This document shows, one piece after another, positions 1 to 15,280 of a stretch of DNA of 64,000 bases (within the stretch, counting starts at the first letter, position 1; every line of letters begins with the position of its first letter). The DNA lies in NCBI RefSeq assembly GCF_009914755.1, contig NC_060935.1. The stretch is one strand, 5' to 3'. A model generated the notes under the pieces. The model had not been told where the DNA came from. It made no database searches and was given only the letters and a program-made list of their open reading frames with translations. Made by a program: the position numbers and the translations under genes. Source of the DNA: the human T2T-CHM13v2.0 reference genome, Homo sapiens.

Positions 1-368
1 AGCAGTTTGTCTGGATGATTCTGGCTCGGGCTTTCTTGGGACATGACAGGCAAGCTGTCAGCCAGACCACGGGCTCTGAAGGGGCTGCACTCTCCAGTCT
101 CCCTGCACTGCTATTGGCAGTAGGCTGGAGCTCCTCGCTGTGTGGGCCTCTCCAAAGGGCTGCCCATATCATGGCTCTTGCTAAGATGGAAGCTGTAGCC
201 TTTTTACACATAATCCCAGAAGCGACATGTTATCACTTCCACTGCATTCTATTCATCAGAAGGGAGTCATGAACTCCAGCCCACACTGAAGGGGAGAGAA
301 ACTAAGCCCCATCCCTTGAAAGGAAGAAAATCAACAAATGTATGGATGTATTTTTAAAATCATCACAG
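1..368 (-). mobile_element. Old MaLR LTR fragment (MLT1-type)
   Basis: Characteristic tatcacttccactgcattctattc...ccagcccacactgaagggg segment. Confidence 0.55.
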
Positions 369-500
369 ACACCATTGCTGCTAGTCCTTAGCCCACATCT
401 GGGCTGCCTGGAGAGACAAGGGTTTAGAGTACAGTGTCCAAAATCATCCTGCTGGGGCTGGAGTAAAGGCAATGACACTTGCTAGAACGTCATTTAGCCA

Positions 501-802
<302 letters not shown>

Positions 803-3267
803 TTAGCCTCTCGGTACCTCATCTGAAAAATGAGAATAACAATGATCCTATCAAGCAAGGTTGTTGCCTTAGGAAATAATACATAGAAACCACTCAGCAC
901 AGTACCTGGCAGGTAGAAGTAGCCAATGAATCGTCATTATTATTGTTATTATCAGAGAAGCTAACCCATTTCTCAGTGGCAGCCCCAGGAGTTCCAGGCT
1001 CTGCCCTCTTGGCTCTTAGGTCCCAGTCCTGCTCATGCAGTTGTCATCTACCCCCTAAAGCAGAAAAGTGTGTACCAAATTGTTCCAGAATTCCAGAGAC
1101 ACCCTACCTTCTCACCATTCTCCAGCCTCCTACACAGAGGCTGGGTAGATGGGTGGAGGTGAGGGTATCGATGGCTAGATAGCATGAAACCAGTCTTTGA
1201 GATGTGGCACAGACAGTTTGTAGGTGGTTGGAGTGTCATCTTGGAATGAGATCCATGAATCAGAATCTCTGGCAATGGAGTCTGATCATCCGCATTTATA
1301 ACTTGCTCTCCGGATCATTCTTAGGCACACTAGAGTTTGAACAGCACTGCAGACAGATGCAAGAGATTTATTTATTCACCTACCTCCCCCCCTCACCTCC
1401 CAAAAGAATGGAAGGCTTGACTTTGAGTTCCTGAGAACAATAATGAGCTGTCCTCCTGGGGCCCTGTCTGAGGCCAGAGCTGGACTGGCCCTGGGGTTGA
1501 CCCGGGGCAGAACTTCTGTCCTGGTGACTAATGATCCAGTACGGCCCAGCCTGGCTGTGGTTTGTCTACAGGCCCCGTGACAGGCCTATCCACCCAGATA
1601 ACCACGATCTTGCTTTGTGGGATCAAATACTGGTTCAGGATTTATGAGTCCAAGTAACGACATGGCTGCGCTAGAGAGGGGGTGGGGTGGGAGCTGGGGG
1701 TGGGGCAGCACTTCTTCTCCCTCTGGAGCCTTGGCTGCCTTACCTAGCTTCAGGCTGCAGGTCAGGCCAAGAGGACAGGCTGCTGACTGCTTTGGGTAAG
1801 AACAGGGTCAGGGTACCAATGAACAGCATAGCAGCTGCTTCGTGTCTCCACGCAACCTCTCCCACTGTGTCACAGGGTGAAATCACTGCATGGTACACCC
1901 TGGTGCATTTTGTCATCCTAAAACCCAGGATGAGGTTAAAAATAAAAAAGCATCATTCTCCCACTACACAATTAGGGAATGGAAAAGATGTTTGTCATTG
2001 TTATCCCCTTAACAACTAGAGTTAATGGCTCGCTTAGGGCTGAGATGCTGCAGTCCTGAGTTGCAACTTCCAAATAGGCACCTTACTATGTTTGTCCTTT
2101 ATAAACTTGGGACTGTGGCTCATGGTAAGACACAGCTTTTGGAGATCAGAAAGCATGGGCAAACTCTCATCTGAGTTTGGTGTTCAGGGCAACATTCATT
2201 CCGTTCATTCATTCATTCATTTAACTGAATTTGATTAAGTACAATTTGCCACACACCTGTTAGGCAACGGAAGATACAGCAACAACCAGGACCAATGATA
2301 GAGCTTACATTCTAAGGGATGCCTGTGGATACAAGTAATAAACAAGGAAACATGCAAATTAACACGATAATTTCCAGTCGTGATAAAGCAGGGCTGGAGG
2401 TATTTGCTAAGCGTGTTTTAAACTCATTGGCCTGTAGTATGGTTGGAGGAAGAAAGGAATTAGAAACTGATCTGCAACACAGACTTTAAATTCCTCTTGT
2501 CCTTCCTTCTTCTAAAATCATCCTGACTAGGGATGATTTTTCGCTCTATTTTTGCTCCATTTTGTTTGGATGGAACATCATGCAGACTTACAGCACAGGG
2601 ATCCCAATAATAGCACAGTTGTTACTACAGAGATTTGTCCAGGTCAGATTTTATTGCTTTTGGCCCAAAGCTGCTACAAAATTTACAGAGCAAAGAGAGG
2701 TACAGTGTGGTCTACTGAGCAAGTTACTGAGTTAACTTGAGTTTCTGTGCTTGAACTTACTTAGCATTTAAAGGCAATTTCATAAAAGTCATCATTAGAC
2801 TAATATATCACAGTAGCAATTCAACAATGATGTCTAAAAGTATTACCTGTGATTTTAGAGCAGCCAGTATAAAAAAGCCTTGCGCACATGGTTAGGGTGT
2901 TTTTGCTTATACATTTTGGGGGTGAGTCCTCTGAGACCTGTGGAACACCGTGAACCCTGGAAAATGCAAACATGTGTATTCACATAAAATTTCACGGTCC
3001 TGAACTCCTGAAGTCCATCCATGGTTCCCCCGGGGATTCATGTACCCCACTTTCCTGCTCTAAAATTTATATTTATGAAAAGATACCCAATATATTTTAA
3101 GTGAAGAAAATTAATTGCAGACAGTACATATAACAAGATTCCATTTTTCTTTTAAATGTTATATATAAATGAGCACTCAGTGTCTGAGGGTAGAGGATCA
3201 ACTGAAAGGATTACTTTTACCTTGTATTCTATAGACTTCATTTAGAATTATTTTATCTAGCAAACAG

Positions 3268-3568
3268 TTTTTTTTTTTTTTTTTTTTGAGTCAGAGTTTC
3301 ACTCTTGTTGCCCAGGCTGGAGTGCAATGGTGCAATCTTGGCTCACTGAAACCTCCACCTTCCGGGTTCAAGCGATTCTCCTGCCTCAGCTTCCTAAGTA
3401 GTTGGGATTACAGGCATGCGCCACCACACCCGGCTAATTTTGTATTTTTAGTAGAGACGGGATTTCTCCATGTTGTTAGGCTGGTCTCAAACTCCTGACC
3501 TCAGGTGATCTGCCCGCCTCGGCTTCCCAAAGTGCTGGGATTACAGGCATGAGCCACTGTACCTGGCC
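3268..3568 (-). mobile_element. Alu
   Basis: poly(T) plus reverse Alu consensus. Confidence 0.95.
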
Positions 3569-6500
3569 CAAACACATTATTTTTATAATAGTTTTTTTTT
3601 AAAATGAAGCTAGAAATCATGGCCATGTCTGAATCAGACAATGTGGTTGCCATTCCTGGGCAATTGATGTGGATTGAGAACCAGTACTGGATTGAGAGCC
3701 TGTGTGGGTTAGAATATAAGGGGCAGAATATGAGGTCATTTGGGAGGTCTAGCTCAGGATATTTTAGATATAGGGTTGCTGGATTTAGAAGAGTTCAAGT
3801 AGGTGGCAGTGGAATAATTTGGAAATGTATTTCTGATAAAATACGTCTAAAATAAAGAAAGAGCAAATTGGTCATGTAGAATGGCCTCCTCAGTTCATTT
3901 GTGGTTAACTTGGAACCTGTGCTATAACATAATGCATTTTTATCCAAGATCTCTGCTTTTAGAGATCGTAGCCTATGGTGGGTCCTCATGTGAAAGAAAT
4001 AGAGCTGAAACAGGAAAGGGTAGTGATAAACCCAGCTTCCACACTTCCATGGCTAGGTATAGTTCCAGGAAGTCTTAGGCTTGTGGGTATTTGATCCTGC
4101 ATGCATGATTCTTAGTAGGAAGGTATAGAAATCAGATATATCATGTTCCAAATCATGACCGTCTTCCCATCTGACCCAGAGCTGCTTCCTGCTAAGGTGG
4201 CAGTAGACCTTGTGAAAGTTCTAAATAGGGCACTTTGCATTCAGAAATCACACACTGCTTTAGGGGTGGGTTTTTACAAAACCATACAGCTTAACACATC
4301 ACACAGTGCATTAAAGGGAGCTCAGCCATGCAAGGAAAAAAGAGACCAGGACTTCTTCTGAATTAAGTCCTGGTCTGTCTTTGCTGCTTTCCTCCCACCA
4401 TGAAACCATGAGCTGTGGAGAGCAGGCCTGCGCCAGCTTCTGCTCCATTTCTGCCTGGATCTGGGGAACGGAGGCCAGTGACATTTACTGGCGTCACTCC
4501 ACCTACTGTGCACATGGCCCATCCTTTGGCACTAGAGCCGGACAGGGGTTTATTCAACGCACTTCAAAATGGCTATTCCAGAGGAGGCAGGAGAATGAAG
4601 CGATCAAGTTCACTATTATTGGTGTGATTTCAGTGTTGCAGGCAGAGCTGCTGCAAGAGGGGTATTATCTCTGCAAAGATCTACCTGACTTCTATGGGCG
4701 AGGGTGATACTTTTGTCTCACTGCCAGGGAGTAAAGGCATTTATGGAGTTAAGATCATTCTGATCTTTCCTATCTTCCATTCCCAGTCTCTCCTTGGGAC
4801 CAAGGCTGTCAGAGGGACAATCCATGATATTGACAGTCCATGATGTCATTATTACCAGCTACGACTGCTACCACCTTCTATTCATAGAGTACTTTCCAGC
4901 CTACACAGCACAGCCACATGTGTCATGAATTAGTTATCTAATGTGACCCTCACAATACATCAGTGAGGTCCAGATGAGTGTCCCCACTTGACAAATTAGG
5001 AAACTGAGGCTTGGAGCGGGTAAGAAATTTCTCGCAAGTCTGCTCACCTCATTGGTGGAGAAGAAGATACTTGGAACCAGGTCTTCTGACCCCAAGTCCA
5101 GTGCTCTGTCCCCTCTTTCCCCTGGCTGAGATCAGAAAAGTGGCCACAAACAAAGCACAGTCCAGCATTGAACCAGAAACTGTCCCTGAGCATGAGCTGT
5201 GTTTGTCCTGGGCATAGCAAAAAAAGCATTCCTTTGCCCCCCAAAACAAAGATAACCATAGCCAGTTAGCATGTTCTTAGTTCTTATGCTATGCCAGGTA
5301 CTGCTCTAAACACTTCACAGCTATGACCCCTCCTAATCCTTACAACTACTAAGTAGAAGTTACCATTATTTTCTTCATGTTATAAATGAGGAAACTGAGA
5401 CTCAGAGACATCAAGTGATTTGTCCACAATCACAGACAAAAAGTGACAGTGCTGGGATTACATCCAGGCCCTGGGACTGCGGAGGTCTGGACTGCTAACC
5501 ACCACACGTGTCCCCTTCTCCCAGTGGGCGTGTTCATCATTTATTTATCAAGAAACCCACCCCTGATCCTGACGCCCTCAGGACCTTCGCTTGGTAGCAG
5601 GTTACTTGACTGAATCAGGCTGAATAGTTCTACTTCATCTGTTAACACTCCTTCAGCCATGGTGCATTAGGGGCCTAAGAGCCCTTAAACCAGCAACACA
5701 AAATCCCCTATTTCTGCAAAATTGCTCTTTCAGATGGCAGTCAAACTCCATGAGGACACAGAGACAGATTCCTCAAACAGAGCCTCACTCGGCAGCGTAA
5801 TTAATAAATGTCTTGAAGAGGGTCAGGGGAAAAGATTTGCTGCCGTTTTGCTGGGCATCTGGGGAGCGAAACACAAGCAATTAATATACATTTTTTATTT
5901 CCACTTATTGCCTTCGTCAAGTACTTTCATATTCCATAGGCCAGATGGATTAGTCAGGGTTTTTTTTAGTAGTTCTATGTTTCAATGAAATAACACTCTC
6001 CCTTCTCATCTCCACCAAGTAATAAGAAAAACCACATAAAAAGAAAAAGAAAAGGCAAAAACCTAAATCTCTGTGTTGACAAATGCCATGGAAAAAGTTT
6101 TCTTTTTTTCCAGTAAGTGCTTGTAATTGTGTTTTGGCACATTTTTTTCCCTAAAGGAACTAACCCCACAGTTAATACCATTTGGGGGAGAGAAATAAAC
6201 TTGCAATGGATTGCCCCCACAAAAATGTGCTGATAGTGAAGGCAGGATTTGAGATTTTGGAGAGAGAAGGTCTGTGCCAGAAACAGAGAACAAGCCCTGC
6301 AGCCTGTGACCTGGAAGTCTCAGCCCTTCAAGTGCTGGAGTTCAGCGTCGGGTTTTGGCGTTCTCCTTGGAGACGCCTATTGATAGCTGGTGTCTCTGCG
6401 GATACAACTTGAGCTAATTCCCGGGATAATGACCCGGCCGCCCATGATTTACTAACTTCACCGCTGTGCAGCCGCTCCGTCAGGGCTGGTTAATCCTTTA

Positions 6501-7286
6501 ATGGTCCCTGCAGTGTGTCCAGGACTGCTCCAAAAATTCCAACGCCCTCCCTGGAACACTGAGGGGTATTGAATGCCCCTTCCCCTCCCCTCCACATCTC
6601 CCCACCCCCGGCCCTTATCTTATCAGGTAGCTAATTCCCACAAATTATTGTGTGGTTAAGGCAGAAAAATGAAATTGCTCTCAAATCATAAATTTGTCAC
6701 TTTTGCAGACAGCTGCTAAGTCAAGAAAATCTTGACCAAGTGGGGCTTAGTCACTGTTCTGAACAATTAAGACCTATAAGCGTATTTGGCTGTCTCTCAA
6801 AGCAATGTTTATTGATGGAAGGGAAGAAAACAGTTTATATAGATATTTAACTCTATCCACTCTTAAGTGGAGTGTAATCCTTCATTGAGGAGAATGTGAC
6901 TATCAACACACTGTGTCTGACAAAATGTCTCTATGGCCCATAGCACTTTATTCACTGTGGCCATCCTTGAGCTCAGTGGCTGCCTTTAGGTGGGGAACAC
7001 GTAAGTTTCCTAAATCTAGTCTCACTCAGAGCTGAAAGTCAAAAGGTGGAAACAATCAAATGTCCATTAATCAACGAATGGATAAACAAAATGTGGTATA
7101 TCCACACAATAGCATATTATGCAGCCTTAAAAAGGAATTATATCCTCATGCATGCTGTAACATGGGTGAAACTCAAACACATGCTAAGTGAAAGAAGCCA
7201 GAACTACCAGGGCTTCAGAGGGTCTACAGCCCACAGGATCCCTCAGAGAGGATATTGAGGAACTTCTCTTTTAAATTATATATCCA

Positions 7287-7583
7287 GGCCAGGTGCGGTG
7301 GCTCACGCCTGTAATCCCAGCACTTTGGGAGGCTGAGAAGGGTGGACCACCTGAGGTCAGGAGTCCGAGACCAGCCTGGCCAACATGGCAAAACCTCATC
7401 TCTACTAAAAAAAAGTACAAAAAATAGCCAGTTGTGATGGCACACACCTGTAGTCCCAGCTACTTGGGAGGCTGAGGCAGGAGAATTGCTTGAACTCAGG
7501 AGGTAGAGGTTGCAGTGAGCCAAGATCGTGCCACTGCACTACAGCCTGGGTGACAGAGCGAGACTTCACCTCAAAAAAAAAAT
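7287..7583 (+). mobile_element. Alu
   Basis: Alu consensus, poly(A). Confidence 0.95.
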
Positions 7584-7754
7584 ATGTATATCCAGAATTC
7601 TCCTGCATCCCATCACCTCCACCACTATCAGCCTGTTCAAGCTGCCATCATCTTTCACTTGGACTATTGCAGGAGCTTCTTCACTGCTCTCCTGTTTTTG
7701 CCTTGGCCTCAATTCTGTCTATTCGCCACACAGCAGCCCAAAGGATCCTTTAAA

Positions 7755-8310
7755 TTTTTTTTATTGCGGTAAAATTCACATACCATAAAATTAAAATGTT
7801 TAAGTGTACAATACAGTGGCTTTTAGTGCATTCTTAATTAGTGCAACCATCACCTCTATCTAATTCCAAAACATTTTCATGATTCTGAAAGGAAACCCAT
7901 ACCCAGTAAGCAGCCAGTCTCCACTCTGCCTTTCCCCAGCCCCTGGCAACCATTAATCTTCTTTCTGTCTCTATGGATTTGCTTATTCAGGATATTTCAT
8001 TTAAATGGAATCATACCATATGTGACCTTTGTGTCTAACTTCTTTCACTTAGCGTGTTTTTGAGTTTCACCCATGTTATAGCACATATCAATATAGTATC
8101 AGTACATAATTCCTTTTTGGCAGAATAATATTCTGCTGTGTGGATAAGCCACATTTTGCTTATCCGTTCATTGGTTGATGGACATTTATTGTTTCCATCT
8201 TTTGACAGCTGTGAACAGTGCTGCTGTGAATATTCTTTTATAGGTTTTTTAATCAATACCTGTTTTCAGTTCTTTTGGGTGTATAACTAGGAGTGGAATT
8301 GCTGGGTCCT
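7755..8310 (-). mobile_element. Old L1 (L1M) 3' fragment
   Basis: ggcaaccattaatcttctttctgtctctatggatttgc...ggagtggaattgctgggtc. Confidence 0.75.
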
Positions 8311-8478
8311 GATCCTTTTAATTTTTTATTGATATGTAATGTTTTATACATTTACGGGACACATGATATTTCGTTACATGCATAGAATGTGTAATGATCA
8401 AGTCAGGGTATTTGGGGTATCCATCAAGATGTTAGATTTAAAACATTTGCTGTGGTATGGGTAATTAAAAGATTATAG

Positions 8479-8813
<335 letters not shown>

Positions 8814-8879
8814 TTATATGATTATATATAATTAAAAGATTAGATATAGATTATATAATATATATAAGATTATATATAA

Positions 8880-9261
<382 letters not shown>

Positions 9262-9878
9262 TAACAGAGTTGACTTTTGCAGGAAAGTGAAAGTAACAAG
9301 TACAGAGGGCAAGCCATGGGATCCCTCATTCATTCAAGTGATACATGCAGTGGGTTTGAATTTCAAGAGCACAAGAAATACCTCTTTATTTTCCTAAAAT
9401 GAGACTGAATTTCTGTGTCAAACTCCCATGTCACTGAGATCTTGTCTCAGTCAAGGTTAAAGGTTCTAGTGTAAGTTTCAGAAGACTCATGTACTGCCAC
9501 GCCCTGGAAGGTGGTCTTCCTGAAGTTCCAGTGATCTGTGCACACAGGTATTTCTAAGATGTCTGGCTGGCCCCTTCAGGCCTGGAGGGCACCAGACATT
9601 CAGCTGGGCTATCTGTGGCGCTCTATGACCCTGCCTACCTAAAACATATCACTCAGCCACCCCCAGCCCCTCCCACCAGGGGTGTTGCCATCTTCCTTCT
9701 CAAGCCATATTTTCTTTTCCCACCTCCTCCTGCTTAAAGGAATCTTTTCCTTGTCTTCAAGAGAAATCCCTTCTTCTTTTAAATCTCGGGTATTTCTTCT
9801 CAGGGCCATTTTCTCTCTATTATCTTCCATCAATCAGTGGCAAATACAACCACAAATATACATAATAACTCAAAGAGA

Positions 9879-10221
<343 letters not shown>

Positions 10222-10449
10222 TCAAAGAGAGACCAGCTGGCCATTTCTTGTAATCACACCACTCCACTGAGGAAGAGAACCCCAGGACTCACTGCTAGAG
10301 TAGGGAGGTGGGGAGCAAAATGCTAGGAGAAAAAGAGAGGTTAATATTTCAAAGATGGTACCCTATCGCATATTATTGAGCACATGCTATGGAGCAGTCA
10401 CTGTTCTGGATGCTAAGGATATAGAGATGGATGCAATCTACACAGGGGA

Positions 10450-10901
10450 TGAATTTGTTTCCAATTGTTGCTATAAAAAATTACCTTGTGGATTAAAACA
10501 ACACAAATTTCTTATAGTTTTGGAGATCAGCAGTCCAAAATGGTTCTCACTGGGCTAAAATCGAGGTATCAACAGGGCCACTTTCCTTTCGGAAGATCTA
10601 GGGGATGATGCATTTTCACACCTTCTCCAGCTGCCCACATTTCTTGGCTCGTGGCCTGTATCACTCCGAGCTTTGCTTCCTCCATCACATCTCCTTCTCT
10701 GATCCTCATGCTCCTGCTCCCCACTCTCTGCTTTATAAGGACCCTTATTACATTTAGAGTCCACCTCCAGAATCCAGGAAAATCTCCCAATCTTAAAATC
10801 CTTAGCTTAATCACATCAGCAAAGTCCCCTTTGCCTTGTATCCTGGGTTCTAGGGATTAGGACATGGACATCTGTGGGAAGACATTAATCTGCCTACTAC
10901 A
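10450..10901 (-). mobile_element. MLT1-type MaLR LTR
   Basis: ttaaaacaacacaaatt...gggattaggacatggacatct...ctgcctactaca hallmark segments. Confidence 0.7.
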
Positions 10902-11048
10902 GGGGATTTGTCTAGAGGTGCTGTGGTAAGCCCTACCACAGGAGAAATGTAGGGTGTATGAGAGTTTGCAGGAATGCCAGATTTGGCGATCAGGAAAAGC
11001 TCCTCTGTTTAGTCTGAGACCTGGAGGATGAATAAGAAGGATTTGGGA

Positions 11049-11213
11049 GGCCGGGTGTGGTGGCTCATGCTTGTAATCCCAGCTACTTGGGAGGCTGAGG
11101 CAGGAGAATCACTTGAACCCAAGAGGTGAGGTTGCAGTGAGCTGAGATCGAGCCACTGCATTCCAGCCTGGGCGACAGAGCAAGCCTCTGCCTCAAAAAA
11201 AAAAAAAAAAAAA
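11049..11213 (+). mobile_element. Monomer-length Alu (FRAM-like or internally deleted)
   Basis: Single arm plus poly(A), TSD aagaaggatttggga. Confidence 0.85.
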
Positions 11214-11607
11214 AGAAGGATTTGGGAGACATGAGGAAGAGGAAGTTATACTGAAAGAATTCAGATAGTTTAGAACAAAGGCTTAAAAGTCACAGAGAAT
11301 GAAGTAGATCTTTGGAGCTGGGAGTCACTGAGCAAGTTGTTACAAGGCTGCAAGGTAAGGACCAGGCATGAAAGGCCTGGGAAGCCCTGGGAAGTTTAGG
11401 CTTTAACCTAAGGGCAAAGGGTGGCAAGGTGAGATGGAAAAGTCACTTGGCTCCTATGCCAGTCCAGATTGAAGGGCTGGTGATGGAGAGAATAGCCAGG
11501 AGGTATGATAGTAATCCAGAGACAGATGCTGGGACTAGGAGGGCTGGGGACAGGTGGAGGCATGAGGAGAGATTGAGATTTATTTATTTGTTTTATTATT
11601 ATTATTC

Positions 11608-12322
<715 letters not shown>

Positions 12323-12509
12323 TAGCTGCACACGTATCTGTGTTCTCACGAGAGTCCCACAGGCTAACAGGGAAAGGATGGGGCAGGGCTTGCCTGTTAA
12401 AGTGGAGGCATCAGTTAGCATGAACCAAATACAGATGGGGAAAATAACTACCCTGAGTCTGCTCACTCCTGCAATTCTAGGATCAGACATCCCAGGTGAG
12501 GAGTCCCCA

Positions 12510-13441
<932 letters not shown>

Positions 13442-13484
13442 CCCAGATATCTCCGTGAGGAGTCAGGAGGGAAATTTGGGCTGA

Positions 13485-13806
<322 letters not shown>

Positions 13807-14836
13807 CAGGCTGGTTTGTTTTTAATGAGAGGCTGGGTGGCTGTTAGGGAGGGGGACGTCCTTTCTCGTCAATATCAACAATGTCAGCAACATCAGCAAT
13901 GAACTGATTTTTCTCTTCACTCTGATTTCAACCCTAGTATTGCCATCAAAGAGAATCCTCCGTCTGCACAACTGCAAACACGGGCCTTAAAAGAAGGCTG
14001 GGGCAATTTCTCCAAGTGGTTTCATATTAGTACTTGCCCCTTAGAGAGAAGAATTGATTTTCCTGGGCAAAGTAACATTTGGTAGAAGGAAAAGTTTTAT
14101 GATTTATGATGCACCAGAGACCATATATTTCCCTTAAATATTATCATTATGGTCATAGCACTTCAAAAGAGAAAAATGGAATTCAAGGAACATTAACTTC
14201 TAAATATTTACGGCATTTCAAATCCCTGTCCAGTCTTCATTGTCACTAGGATAACTTTGAGAAGTTGTGAGCACATAGACAATGCAATGAAAAATAGCCA
14301 GAATCCAGCTGAGTGTTGTGTTCATATCCTTCTGTGGTTGTTGTGGGGCTCCAAGACTGGAAAAATATGAAAAGAATGCAGGATTCCAGCAAGTACAAAG
14401 GTCTTTAGAACTAGACCAGAAACATGTAAATATCTTGAGTCAAAGAAATGCACAATTAGTCAAGTGAAGTCACAGATTGGGAAGTGTGCAGGCTTCTCTG
14501 AGTAGAGAAAAGGCTGGGGACTTGGCTGTAAGACCACCCCCATTTGGAAACCATAAGATATAGAACCGTAAATAAAGCTCAGTGGGTCTTTCAGTCTTGT
14601 GGACAGCATTGCAGTCAGCACTCAGATTCAACTGTGACAAAGGTAACCCCAAAAGTGTTCAGGATAATGAAATTTTTTCCTCAGAAGGTAAAAAGTTCCT
14701 TAATTCTGAAACCTGGGGTATTTTTTATACATAACAATAGAATGGCAAGAGAATAAAACAAAAATATTAGCATTTTTATGTTAAGACATCTGAGCATATT
14801 TGATATTTTGAGTGTAAGGTTTAAGAAAGTTGGGTT

Positions 14837-15134
<298 letters not shown>

Positions 15135-15280
15135 GGAAAGAAGGTTGGGTCTATTAGAGTTGATAAGTCAGTCTTGAAATTCTATTTTAAAATGTAATGA
15201 GTGATTAATGTGTATGTGTAATATTTAAACTAAATTCTGATTAAATTTACATACCAGGTTGAAAAGGGCTTGAGAATTAC

